A stretch of DNA of 64,000 bases from Candidatus Latescibacterota bacterium (GTDB lineage: Bacteria; Latescibacterota; UBA2968): contig OZ242010.1 of assembly GCA_965204745.1 (NCBI GenBank), positions 3,936,001-4,000,000 of the forward strand, in the 5' to 3' direction. Under the pieces are notes generated by a model, which worked only from the letters and a program-made list of their open reading frames with translations, had not been told where the DNA came from and made no database searches. The stretch's first letter is position 1. Each line of letters begins with the position of its first letter. Of the stretch, positions 29,960 to 40,018 are shown piece by piece. A program made the position numbers and the translations under genes.

Positions 29960-31735
29960 TCATCCCGCCATGGCCTCGACGGCCTCTTCAATAGAACCCG
30001 CGGCCTGCTGTTCGTAGAGTTGGCGATACCTGCCATTGGGCAGTTGCAGCAGTTCTCGATGCGTCCCGGTTTCGATGATTTCGCCGCGATCCATCACCAC
30101 GATGAGGTCCGCATTGACGATAGTGGATAGGCGATGGGCGATGGCAAAGGACGTGCGTTCCTTGAGGACATTGCCCATGGCCTTTTGGATGAGGGCCTCC
30201 GACAGGGAATCGAGCGACGAGGTGGCTTCGTCGAGAATCATAATCGCCGGATCGGTCAGCACGGCGCGGGCAATGGCGAGGCGTTGTTTTTCCCCCACGG
30301 ACAATTTGATGCCGTCATTGCCCAACATCGAGTCGTAGCCTTCGGGCGTTCGCATGATAAATTCGTGGATCTCGGCGATGCGCGCGGCTTCTATCAACTC
30401 GGCATCCGTGGCATCGGCGCGGCCGTAGAGCAGATTTTCCCGAATGGTGCCGTTGAACATCACCGAGTCTTGCAACACCTGCCCGATCTGCGTGCGTAGG
30501 GTGCGTAATTTCACGTCTCGCAAATCGCGCCCATCGATGGTAATGCGCCCATCGGTCACGTCGAAAAAGCGCATCAACAAACTCGTCATCGTGGTCTTCC
30601 CGCAACCGGTGTGCCCGACGAGTGCGACCATCTGCCCCGGCAACACTTCCAGGTCGATCCCCTTGAGGACAGGCTCGCCTTTTTTGTATTCAAAATGCAC
30701 GTTTTCAAACCTGACGTGCCCCGCAATCGGCGGCAATTCAACGGCGTCTTCGCGGTCTTTGATGTCGATGGGAAATTCCAAAATCTCCAAGACGCGCTCC
30801 ACCGACACCATCACGGCTTGCAGGCGCATGGCGATTTGCGTGAGGTTGAGAATGGGCTGAAACATGCGGCTCGAGTACGAAAAAAACGCCATCACGGCGC
30901 CATAAGTCATTTCGCCTTCGATGACGTAATAACAGCCCAAGCAAAAGATCACCGTGTTGCGAAAGCCGGACACGCCCCAGGTGCCCGCGTAATAGCCCGC
31001 GCGGTGCGACGCGGACAGCATCGCGGCGTCCAAACTTTCGTGCGTGTCTTCTGCAAATGCGCGGTGTTCTCTGCGCTCCCGGCCATAAGATTTGACGAGT
31101 TGTACGCCGGACAACCGCTCTTGCAACCCCACCGAGACCTGATCCATTTTTCTGCGCCACAGGCTGATCGACTCTCGGATGGGCGCGCGCCACCCGTGAT
31201 AATTGAGAAAGTACAGGGGCAACAACATGAGCAACAAGCAACCCATTTTCCAATTCAGGCCCATACACAGGCCGAGCGCGACCCAGAACGATATAAAGTC
31301 GACGATGATGCCCAGCATGCGCGACGTCACCATGCTGCGAACATTTGCCACATCGGCCATCACGCGCGACATGATTTTGCCCGTGCCCATCTCGTCGTAA
31401 AATCGCATGGGCAATTTCAACATGTGTTCATAGACGAACTTCCGCATGTGCGTGGTGATGCCCCAACCCACGTACGCGTTGACAAAGGAAATGGCAATCC
31501 GCATCGTAGCAGACGCGATGGGCAGGCAAATCGAAATGACCAAGAGCACTTCCAGCACGCGCCAGTTGCCATCGACAATGATGTCGTCGATGATGTATTT
31601 CATCACCAACGGAGGCATCATGCCCAAGGTGGTCATCGTCGCGGTGAGGCCCAACAGCAGGATCAGCCGGGATTTGTACGGCCTGACAAAATGCGCGAGT
31701 TTCCGCAACTTGTCCATATTGCTCTCATCTGCCAT
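29960..31735 (-). CDS. ABC exporter, fused TMD-NBD (likely heterodimer partner)
   Basis: GHTGCGKT, LSVGEKQR and ILDEATS motifs. Confidence 0.9.
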   Translation of the reverse strand: MADESNMDKLRKLAHFVRPYKSRLILLLGLTATMTTLGMMPPLVMKYIIDDIIVDGNWRVLEVLLVISICLPIASATMRIAISFVNAYVGWGITTHMRKFVYEHMLKLPMRFYDEMGTGKIMSRVMADVANVRSMVTSRMLGIIVDFISFWVALGLCMGLNWKMGCLLLMLLPLYFLNYHGWRAPIRESISLWRRKMDQVSVGLQERLSGVQLVKSYGRERREHRAFAEDTHESLDAAMLSASHRAGYYAGTWGVSGFRNTVIFCLGCYYVIEGEMTYGAVMAFFSYSSRMFQPILNLTQIAMRLQAVMVSVERVLEILEFPIDIKDREDAVELPPIAGHVRFENVHFEYKKGEPVLKGIDLEVLPGQMVALVGHTGCGKTTMTSLLMRFFDVTDGRITIDGRDLRDVKLRTLRTQIGQVLQDSVMFNGTIRENLLYGRADATDAELIEAARIAEIHEFIMRTPEGYDSMLGNDGIKLSVGEKQRLAIARAVLTDPAIMILDEATSSLDSLSEALIQKAMGNVLKERTSFAIAHRLSTIVNADLIVVMDRGEIIETGTHRELLQLPNGRYRQLYEQQAAGSIEEAVEAMAG

Positions 31736-31761
31736 AGTGCCCTCATTGCGATGATAGGCCC

Positions 31762-32301
31762 CTATGCGACGGGCAGGATGTCGGTGAATTGGTATTCTTC
31801 CACGAGTTCGCCCACCGAGGCGTCATAATGGTCTTCGTCCCATTGCTCGAGGGTAAGGGTGCGTTTTTCCGACTCGTCGATGTACTGCCAGACGATAAAT
31901 TCCCGTCCCGATTGATCGCCATTTTGGTGATACCGCCCAACGGCTGATGACTCGCCGTAATACACAATGCCGTCGCAGGTGACTTCATCCGGGGGATCGT
32001 CATTGTGGCGCATGTGACCGCGGATGTTGCCCTCGATGCTGGACAGGGGAACTTTGCGCGTCAAGATCCAAGTGGTGCCGTCGTCTTCTGCGCGCTCGAG
32101 ATATACCCTGTCGTCGCCGCAGGAGAGTTCCCATTCATCCACGCGGGTTCCGTCATAATCGTAATAATGTCGCGCTGTGACCTGCCACGTTTTGAGGTCG
32201 TAGTCGAGAACATAGCCCGGTTTGAGATCGGACAGGGTCAGGCTAAGGGGATCGTGGGCTTCGGGTTCGCGTTCTTTTTTTTTGAAGGGATTCCAGCTCA
32301 T
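31762..32301 (-). CDS. DUF4178-like protein of the PspA cluster
   Basis: Position after pspA; acidic, W/Y-rich pattern. Confidence 0.55.
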   Translation of the reverse strand: MSWNPFKKKEREPEAHDPLSLTLSDLKPGYVLDYDLKTWQVTARHYYDYDGTRVDEWELSCGDDRVYLERAEDDGTTWILTRKVPLSSIEGNIRGHMRHNDDPPDEVTCDGIVYYGESSAVGRYHQNGDQSGREFIVWQYIDESEKRTLTLEQWDEDHYDASVGELVEEYQFTDILPVA

Positions 32302-32324
32302 ACGTTTTCCAATGTTGCGTTGCC

Positions 32325-32357
32325 AATCCGCCTGTCCGTGGCGCAGACAGGCGGATT
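32325..32357 (-). terminator. Stem-loop after pspA
   Basis: AATCCGCCTGTC...GACAGGCGGATT. Confidence 0.55.
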
Positions 32358-32367
32358 GTAGAAGCGA

Positions 32368-33072
32368 TTAGGCATCCATGCCCATTTTTGCCTTGAGGGC
32401 AGCGAGGCGTTGATCTGATCCGCTCGATGCGGTGCTCAGTGCCGAGTCGATTTCTTCATCCACACTTTTGGCTTCGCCAGCCATTTCGCCGTACGCTTGG
32501 GAGAGCGATTCGTCTTCTTCAACGCGCTCTTTCATGCGCTCGAGCATGGCGATGGTGCCAGACGAATCGACTTTGGCGAGTTGCTTGTTGATCTTTTTGG
32601 TCGCTGCGGCGGTTTTCGCACGCGCCCGCAAAGAGATGAGTTCGTTTTCGTGGGTCGCGATGGTCGATTTGAGTTTATCCACTTGGCTTTGAAGCTGGTT
32701 TGCCATGGTTTCCTGCGCTTGGGCGTCCTGTTCAAACTGCGCCAGACGCCGCTCGGCCTCTTCTTTGCGGTTGAGGGCCTCGGTTGCCAAGCGGTCGGCT
32801 TCTTCGGGATCCAGGCCGCCGCCTTGGGCTTTTTGGATCAAGATCATGGCTTTTCGCTCCCAGTCCGCCGAGGCTTTTTTGTTGTCTTCGGCCTGCTTTC
32901 GCAAGCGAATGGCCTGACCCTTGACCTCTGCGAGGCTGGTCATCGCGCTGCTGAGGTCTTTTTTCAGATCGCGGATGCCCTGTTCGGTCATTTTGATGGG
33001 GTCTTCAAACTTGTCGATAGCCGAATGGACTTCGGCCTTGCCCACATTGAAGAGGCGTTGAAAGATGCTCAT
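32368..33072 (-). CDS. pspA: PspA/IM30 family protein
   Basis: MSIFQRLFN...EDPIKMTEQGIRDL N-terminus and long coiled coil. Confidence 0.85.
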   Translation of the reverse strand: MSIFQRLFNVGKAEVHSAIDKFEDPIKMTEQGIRDLKKDLSSAMTSLAEVKGQAIRLRKQAEDNKKASADWERKAMILIQKAQGGGLDPEEADRLATEALNRKEEAERRLAQFEQDAQAQETMANQLQSQVDKLKSTIATHENELISLRARAKTAAATKKINKQLAKVDSSGTIAMLERMKERVEEDESLSQAYGEMAGEAKSVDEEIDSALSTASSGSDQRLAALKAKMGMDA

Positions 33073-33099
33073 GTGATGCTCCTTTGAAAAAGCGGGTGA

Positions 33100-33495
33100 T
33101 TATTGCTTGCTGTACGCGAGCAATTCGGCGGCATTTTCAGCCAAGGCGAGTTCGAGGGCCGTGATAGACCCTTCGAGTTCTGCGCGGTCGAGGGTTTCGA
33201 GGCGCAGGGTGTCGCGGAAGAGAACCGTGCCGGTTTCATCGTCGACGGCAAATGCACCGTGAACGAGCGTGCGATTCATTTCGAGCAACCGCTTGTAGAG
33301 GTCGCCCGGCGCGCTGGGGATGGGCAGAATCGCCTGTTCGATGATGAGGATGGGGTCCTCGCAATCCACGATGAGGTGGTTGATGCCCCTATCTTCGTCG
33401 CTGACCACGACCAATGCTTCTGCAACATCTTCTTCGTCGATGGCGAGGTCGAGGTCTTGAAGATAAGATTTGACTGTGTCGAAATATTCTGACAT
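33100..33495 (-). CDS. YbjN/CesT-like chaperone-fold protein
   Basis: LLEMNRTLVHGAFAVD motif; upstream of pspA. Confidence 0.7.
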   Translation of the reverse strand: MSEYFDTVKSYLQDLDLAIDEEDVAEALVVVSDEDRGINHLIVDCEDPILIIEQAILPIPSAPGDLYKRLLEMNRTLVHGAFAVDDETGTVLFRDTLRLETLDRAELEGSITALELALAENAAELLAYSKQ

Positions 33496-33794
33496 TTTAC
33501 ACTCCTGAAAAAACGGTTGGCGTTTTGCCGTTCATCTATGAGATTCGCAAGCGAATTATTGGTTTCAAAAAGTTACTGCTCAAATTGCCCCGCGTCAAGG
33601 AGAGAATCCCAGTTGTCAGTTGTCAGTGGCTTTAGCCCGACAAACTTTTTAAGCCTTGCTTTTTTAAGAGTTGTTTGAATTGGGTAATGTCGCCCGAATC
33701 GAAAACCACATAGGATCTCCCGTCTCATCTTCTCAAACTTGCAGATGAAAAATTTGAATCGTTTGTTTGGAAGAGCAAAGAGTAGAAGGAAGCA

Positions 33795-34367
33795 GTGATG
33801 TGGGAATTTCTGTTTGGGTTGAGCGAAGCAGTGACATGGGAATTTCTGTTTGGGTTGAGCGTTGTCGTCCTCTGCGTCCTCTGCGTATGTGTCCTCTGCG
33901 TATATTTTGCCTTAGAAATTTGGTCACTTGTGGTCGTGGTCAACCGAGCGGGTAAAGCAGTGATGCGGAAAATTCTGTTTTGGTTGACCGTGTGGTTTGT
34001 CGTCCTCTGCGTATGTTTTGCCTTACATGGTTGGTCACTTGTGGTCGTGGTCAACCGAGCGGGTATTGAGGTGACGGAGATCGACTTTGTGTGGTTCAAT
34101 CCGCAATGGGACGGGCGCGGGGATGATTCCTTTGTGAAGTACAATTTTTGGAAATCCGTGATTTGGTTCTTTGGCTTGTGGCTTGGTATCCCTCTCCTTC
34201 TCGCCTATGGGTGGACTGCTGATGAGAGAGCCGAGACATGGTGGGAGAAATGGAACGAGAAACGGTGGAAGAAATTGAAGAAAACACAAAAGCGCATGGA
34301 GGATTATGCCGAGGCGCTACGACGCCATCAGGAGAGGAGGCAGGATGGACGTTCGGAAGATGTATAA
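33795..34367 (+). CDS. Hypothetical Trp-rich membrane protein with N-terminal internal repeats (start uncertain)
   Basis: Hydrophobic segments; nested direct repeats 33789-34065. Confidence 0.4.
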   Translation: MMWEFLFGLSEAVTWEFLFGLSVVVLCVLCVCVLCVYFALEIWSLVVVVNRAGKAVMRKILFWLTVWFVVLCVCFALHGWSLVVVVNRAGIEVTEIDFVWFNPQWDGRGDDSFVKYNFWKSVIWFFGLWLGIPLLLAYGWTADERAETWWEKWNEKRWKKLKKTQKRMEDYAEALRRHQERRQDGRSEDV

Positions 34368-34587
34368 ATCTGATCGCGTGAAAATCACGCAGACGGACGA
34401 CGGAGAGTGGTGGGTGCTCTTGCTCGAAGGGGCAATGGCCGAGTGGGAACGGACAGCCGTCGCGCGAAGCCTGCGCGGGTTGCTCGATGGGGATCACATG
34501 CGTTGCTTCGAGCGGTTTCACGCGAGCGGCGAGGATCGAGACGTGATTGAGGAATGGCGCAAACGCGCCGGCGACCCGATTGATTAG
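34345..34587 (+). CDS. Small hypothetical protein
   Basis: GGAGG RBS, overlaps the upstream ORF end. Confidence 0.4.
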   Translation: MDVRKMYKSDRVKITQTDDGEWWVLLLEGAMAEWERTAVARSLRGLLDGDHMRCFERFHASGEDRDVIEEWRKRAGDPID

Positions 34588-34804
34588 GAGCTAAGTAGCA
34601 AAGGCCACGGGCGACGCCTCTTTCAAAGTCGCCCCATTTTTTCATCTTGTAGTAAGCGTTGTAAGCGTTGATTCTGTCGCCTGGTGTTGTCCGTGTTGGG
34701 CGATCTCGTTGGGTATGGGTTTGTAGTGGCGTGCGTCTTTGATGCAGAATAAGGGCTTGTGGGGCGTGCCTGACAAACGCCCCAAATTCTATTGGAGGTG
34801 TAAA

Positions 34805-37204
34805 ATGTTGAAGCGTATGTTTGGTTGTTTCGCAGTGGTGGCAATCGCGCTGGCAATGCACCAGCCCGTAGCCGCCGGTCCCAATGCTAATGCCGTTCTG
34901 TCTTGGGACATCGATGCCAGCGATAATAAAAGGGATGATGGCAATACATCGGGCACCGTGGCAGGTGCAGGTACCGATGTTGTCGTCGAGGTGTTTATCA
35001 CGGGGTTGGCAGGCCCAATTATCGGTGGTGCGTTTTCCATTGATACGAATAGGCTGACCGTCAAAAGTGCGGCGGCTACGCCGGGGTTGTCGGTTCTTGG
35101 GACTACCGCAAGAACTGTCTCATTAGGTGGTTTCCCACCGGGCGTTGCCCTGCCCAATGGCTATTTGGGAACTGTTACGCTTACGACAACTTCTGACGTA
35201 ACAGGTACCGAATTCACAGTTAGTGCCAGCATAAATGTGGCGGATGGCACAAGTCCTTTTGCGACGGATATGCTCACCGCGGCGACGCCATTGACTTTTA
35301 ATGCCTCTACGCAAACGCCTACGCCCGATTTTAACGGCGATGGCACAGTAGGCTTTGCAGACTTCTTGGAATTTGCAGGGCAATTTGGCACGCGGCGCGG
35401 GGATGGCAGATACCAAGCCAAGTACGATCTGAATAGCGATGGCGCGATAGACTTTCGGGATTTTCTGAGTTTTGCCGGCAGTTATGGTCAGTCCGTGCCA
35501 CCCAGCGGTGGGGGCGGGGGCGGCAGTGGTGGCGGTGGCAGTGGTGGTAGTGGTGGCGGTAGTAGCAGTCCCGATCTGATCGTTGAATCGCCTTCGGTCA
35601 GCGATAGCACCTTGACGCCTGGGCAATCCTTCACCCTGCAAGCCACCGTTCGCAATCGGGGCACGGGGCAATCAGCCTCGACGACCCTGCGCTATTACCG
35701 CTCGTCCAATTCGACGATCTCTACGAGCGATACAGAAGTCGGCACAGATTCGGTCAGCGGTCTTTCCGCTTCGCGCACGGGTTCGGAATCGATCAGTCTA
35801 ACTGCTCCGTCGAGTACCGGCACGTATTACTACGGTGCGTGCGTGGCAAGCGTCAGCGGCGAGACCGATACCCGCAACAACTGCTCAACAGGCGTGCGCG
35901 TTACGGTGAGTAGCGGCAGTGGTGGCGGTGGCAGTGGTGGTAGTGGTGGCGGTAGTAGCAGTCCCGATCTGATCGTTGAATCGCCTTCGGTCAGCGATAG
36001 CACCTTGACGCCTGGGCAATCCTTCACCCTGCAAGCCACCGTTCGCAATCGGGGCACGGGGCAATCAGTCTCGACGACCCTGCGCTATTACCGCTCGACC
36101 AATTCGACGATCTCTACGAGCGATACAGAAGTGGGCACGGATTCGGTCAGCGGTCTGTCCGCTTCGGGCACAGGTTCGGAATCGATCAGTCTAACTGCTC
36201 CGTCGAGTACCGGCACGTATTACTACGGCGCGTGCGTGAGAGCGGTCAGCGGCGAGACCGATACCCGCAACAACTGCTCAACAGGCGTGCGCGTTACGGT
36301 GAGTAGCGGCAGCGGTGGCGGTGGCGGTAGTAGCGGTGGCGGTACGCCCAAGATGTACTGGACAGACGATTTCACCGACGAAGCCCAATTCAGATATGGC
36401 ACGTTCCTATATGGCACGGGTAGGATTTCTCGTGCCAACTTGGATGGCTCCCAGGTCGAAATCGTCCGCAGACCGCAGTCACCAACTCGCATCGCGCTGG
36501 ATGTGGAAGGCAGAAAGATGTACTGGACGGGCAACTCGTACACAATAACAAACCGGGTCGGAAGCTTAATATGGTATATATCGTATGGTCTGATTCAGCG
36601 TGCCAGCTTGGATGGCCGGGGCGGATACCTCCGCCTCCGCAACGTGAGGGATCAGAATCCACGGGGCATCGCGCTGGATGTGGGACGCGGAAAGATGTAC
36701 TGGGCGGCGAACCTGGGTAGAATTTATCGTGCCAACTTGGATGGCTCCCAGGTCGAAATCATCCTCAGAGGATTGAGGTCTCCAAATGGCATCGCGCTGG
36801 ATGTGGGGGGCGGAAAGATGTACTGGACGGACTATGGCACGGATAAGATTCAGCGTGCCAACTTGGATGGCTCCAATGTCGAAGACCTCATCACCACAGG
36901 ATTGAGTGGGCCATCTGGCATCGCGCTGGATGTGGGGGGCGGAAAGATGTACTGGACGGACTATGGCACGGATAAGATTCAGCGTGCCAACTTGGATGGC
37001 TCCCAGGTTGAAGACCTCATCACCACAGGATTGAGGTCTCCATCTGGCATCGCGCTGGATGTGGGGGGCGGAAAGATGTACTGGACAGACTATGGCACGG
37101 ATAAGATTCAGCGTGCCAACCTCGATGGCTCCAATGTCGAAGACCTCATCACCACAGGATTGGATAGGCCAAGTGGCATCGCGCTGGATTTGCGGGGTCA
37201 GTAG
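34805..37204 (+). CDS. Secreted modular protein: cohesin-like beta domain, EF-hand/dockerin-like pair, 2 CARDB-like domains, LDL-receptor YWTD propeller
   Basis: GGAGGT RBS, signal peptide, DFNGDGTVGFADF, 393-bp tandem repeat, MYWTD repeats with 129-bp period. Confidence 0.8.
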   Translation: MLKRMFGCFAVVAIALAMHQPVAAGPNANAVLSWDIDASDNKRDDGNTSGTVAGAGTDVVVEVFITGLAGPIIGGAFSIDTNRLTVKSAAATPGLSVLGTTARTVSLGGFPPGVALPNGYLGTVTLTTTSDVTGTEFTVSASINVADGTSPFATDMLTAATPLTFNASTQTPTPDFNGDGTVGFADFLEFAGQFGTRRGDGRYQAKYDLNSDGAIDFRDFLSFAGSYGQSVPPSGGGGGGSGGGGSGGSGGGSSSPDLIVESPSVSDSTLTPGQSFTLQATVRNRGTGQSASTTLRYYRSSNSTISTSDTEVGTDSVSGLSASRTGSESISLTAPSSTGTYYYGACVASVSGETDTRNNCSTGVRVTVSSGSGGGGSGGSGGGSSSPDLIVESPSVSDSTLTPGQSFTLQATVRNRGTGQSVSTTLRYYRSTNSTISTSDTEVGTDSVSGLSASGTGSESISLTAPSSTGTYYYGACVRAVSGETDTRNNCSTGVRVTVSSGSGGGGGSSGGGTPKMYWTDDFTDEAQFRYGTFLYGTGRISRANLDGSQVEIVRRPQSPTRIALDVEGRKMYWTGNSYTITNRVGSLIWYISYGLIQRASLDGRGGYLRLRNVRDQNPRGIALDVGRGKMYWAANLGRIYRANLDGSQVEIILRGLRSPNGIALDVGGGKMYWTDYGTDKIQRANLDGSNVEDLITTGLSGPSGIALDVGGGKMYWTDYGTDKIQRANLDGSQVEDLITTGLRSPSGIALDVGGGKMYWTDYGTDKIQRANLDGSNVEDLITTGLDRPSGIALDLRGQ

Positions 37205-37874
37205 TTCCGTGTTCAAGGCTTGAACCGCGTGCGGCGCGCCATGAGAACGGGCAGAGATCAGGGGAGAGCCCGTGATCGGGCGCGGCGCGCGCCATTCTAG
37301 CTGTAAAAAAAAGGTTGCCTTCGTTCCGATTGGGCCTTATGATTAGGGCGATTCAGCGCAGAGGGGTGGCGGCCCCGTTTCACGCGCCAATGGATAACGT
37401 AAAATTGTCCGCCAGGGCGAGGTTTCAATGCATGTCGTTATCCCATGCTATTGAGGTCTCGCCCACTTTTTTTGCCGAGCGCGTGCGACAAAGACACGGT
37501 GGCCGAAGGCGCGAAAAAGGAAAGGAAAGGTGAGCGGCGATGCGAAGGTGGCAACTGGTGGTCGAGGGCGCGGCGTGGCTGGTGGGTAGCTTCGTGGTGG
37601 GGACGTTGATTTTGTGGTTGCTTGGCCGCGTGTAGCCATCTCCCCGGCACCGGGGAATTGAAACATTGATGGACACAAAAAAGCGTCACCGGGTGAGGGA
37701 GCCCAGTGACGCATGTCCTCAGAATGCGGATAGGCATAAGCATGAGGGGCGAGACTATAATTTAATCTGCAACAAATGTCAATTACTTTTTTCAGGAGGT
37801 TTTTGTTCTATCGCGGTCAGAGTAGATGCGGTCAGAGTAGATATAGCAAGCAAGCAAATTATTCACAGTGAGGT

Positions 37875-38100
37875 TTGGTTATGGAACGTCGTTTTTTGGC
37901 AACACGGTTTGATTATGATGTGGTGCGTGGTCACATGATGACGTGGGGAAAGGCGGTTGATCTGGCGACAATCGCTCAGCACAAAGAGGTTGAAAAGGTC
38001 AGGGCTTTGTATTTGACCGACAAGACGGCTTATGAGGATGCGAAGAAGCAACTCCCGGCGTTTTGCGTCTCGTCGACGTATCCGTCGAGAAAGAGGGGCT
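37875..38100 (+). pseudogene. Fragment resembling a VirE N-terminal (BT4734-like) domain
   Basis: KKQLPAFCVS motif, then the frame runs into repeat DNA. Confidence 0.35.
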
Positions 38101-38293
38101 TAAAGCCAATGGAAAAGGGACGTATTTTGCCACGACAATATTTATGCAACAACGCCGTTGTCAGTTGTCAGTCCCAACCCCTCGCCCCACCTTTTGTGCC
38201 TTTGAACTGGCTGGCGCCAGTTGTACCCCGCTCGTGGCTAAAATCCCATCTCACGCCTTGTTGACCGCCGATTGATCCCATTGGAGTTTCTTT

Positions 38294-40003
38294 ATGATAC
38301 CCAACTATCCCGTCTGGCATGTGCGCCATAAAGGGGATTGCGATTCCCTGCCCGATGTGATTCTCGCAAACCGATCATTGACGAGCGAGCATCTGTCCGA
38401 TTCGCCCGAGATTTTGAACGATCCCTATTTGATGATGGATATGGACCGCATTGTCGAGCGCGTGGCGCGGGCCATTCGCAAGGGCGAACACATCGTGGTG
38501 TTTGGCGATTACGACGTGGATGGGGTGACGAGCACGGCTGTTTTGCTGGATTTTTTTGACTCGGTGGGCGCGCATGCCTCGTTTTTGCTGCCCGATAGGT
38601 ATCGAGACGGATACGGCATCAAGCCCCCGAGCGTGGCGCGGGCCATCAAAAAGGGCGCGCAACTGATCGTGACAGCAGACAATGGCATTTCGGCTTTTGA
38701 GGCGGTTGACGCGGCCAATGCGGCTGGCGTGGATGTGGTGGTGATCGACCATCACCACCCGCAGGCACAGCAGGAGTGCCCGAACCGCGATCTGTTGCCA
38801 GACGCGCTCGCGCTGGTCAATCCCAATCGGTCGGATTGCGCGTATCCCTTTAAGGGCTTGGCCGCTGTGGGCCTGGCCTTCAAGGTGGTGCAGGCGTTGG
38901 CGAAAGAGTTCATCGTCGAATCGGAACGCAGGCGGTATTTGAACGCGCTTTTGGATCTGGTGGCGTTGGGCACTGTGGCGGATATGGCGCCGATGATCGC
39001 GGAGAATCGCCTGCTCACGCGAAGGGGCATGCAGGTGCTCGAAACGACGCAGCGCCCGGGCCTACAAGCGCTGAAGGCGGTTGCCGGGGCGAGGAATCGG
39101 TGCGTGGATACGACCACAATCGGATTTTTCCTGGGGCCGCGCATCAACAGCGCGGGGCGGTTGTCTTCAGCGGATTTGGCCCTCGATTTGTTGCGGAGTG
39201 CGGACCACGCCCAAGCGACGCGCTTGGCCGATACGTTGAATGGCTTAAATGGCGAACGCCGGGCTTTGCAGAGCGACGGGATGGCCGAAGCAGAGCGCGT
39301 GGTGGAAGACCAGGGGTTGACGCAACAGCGCGTTTTGGTGGTGCGCGGCGAGCATTGGCATTTGGGCGTGGTGGGCTTGATCGCCGGGCGGTTGGTGGAG
39401 AAATTTTATCGGCCCGCGCTGGTGTGTACCAATTTTCGGAAAAACGGCGTTTATACCGGGTCCGCGCGCACAGCCGGGGGATACAATATCGTGGAGGCGA
39501 TTTTCCGCGTGTCCGATTTGCTCACCGAATTTGGCGGGCACGCCGATGCGGCCGGGTTTTCGGTGCCCGCTGACAAGTACCCCGAATTTCGCGCCCGGCT
39601 GATCGCCGATGCGGCCGAGCGGTTGTCCGAAGACGCACTGATTCCGCAGTTGGAGGTCGATGCGGTGCTCAAACCATCCGAGATTTCATTGGATACGGTC
39701 GATGCCCTCAATAAATTGGCGCCCTTTGGCGCGAGGAATGAATCGCCCCGCTTTGTGGCGCGCAACTGCCGAATCGCCGATGCGCGGGCCGTGGGCCGCG
39801 GCGCGCACTTAAAACTGAGCGTGGATACGGGCGCGAAGCTGTGCGACGCGATATGGTTCCGCAATGGCGAGCGCGTTCACGAGTTGTCCATCGGCGATCA
39901 GGTCGATCTCGCCTTTGCCCTTGATGCCAACACTTGGCAGGGCAGAACCACGGTGCAGATGGTGGTGGAAGATATGCGTTTGTCATCCGTTCCATCGCGC
40001 TGA
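38294..40003 (+). CDS. recJ: ssDNA-specific exonuclease RecJ
   Basis: GDYDVDG, DNG, DHH, GTVAD, PRINSAGR and GGHADAAG motifs. Confidence 0.95.
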   Translation: MIPNYPVWHVRHKGDCDSLPDVILANRSLTSEHLSDSPEILNDPYLMMDMDRIVERVARAIRKGEHIVVFGDYDVDGVTSTAVLLDFFDSVGAHASFLLPDRYRDGYGIKPPSVARAIKKGAQLIVTADNGISAFEAVDAANAAGVDVVVIDHHHPQAQQECPNRDLLPDALALVNPNRSDCAYPFKGLAAVGLAFKVVQALAKEFIVESERRRYLNALLDLVALGTVADMAPMIAENRLLTRRGMQVLETTQRPGLQALKAVAGARNRCVDTTTIGFFLGPRINSAGRLSSADLALDLLRSADHAQATRLADTLNGLNGERRALQSDGMAEAERVVEDQGLTQQRVLVVRGEHWHLGVVGLIAGRLVEKFYRPALVCTNFRKNGVYTGSARTAGGYNIVEAIFRVSDLLTEFGGHADAAGFSVPADKYPEFRARLIADAAERLSEDALIPQLEVDAVLKPSEISLDTVDALNKLAPFGARNESPRFVARNCRIADARAVGRGAHLKLSVDTGAKLCDAIWFRNGERVHELSIGDQVDLAFALDANTWQGRTTVQMVVEDMRLSSVPSR

Positions 40004-40018
40004 TTTCCCGGAGGTAAA

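Noticed and set aside
33789-34065. 36-bp direct repeats as a possible CRISPR array
   Set aside because: Only 2-3 degenerate copies, adjacent or inside a larger tandem duplication, with no unique spacers and no cas genes.
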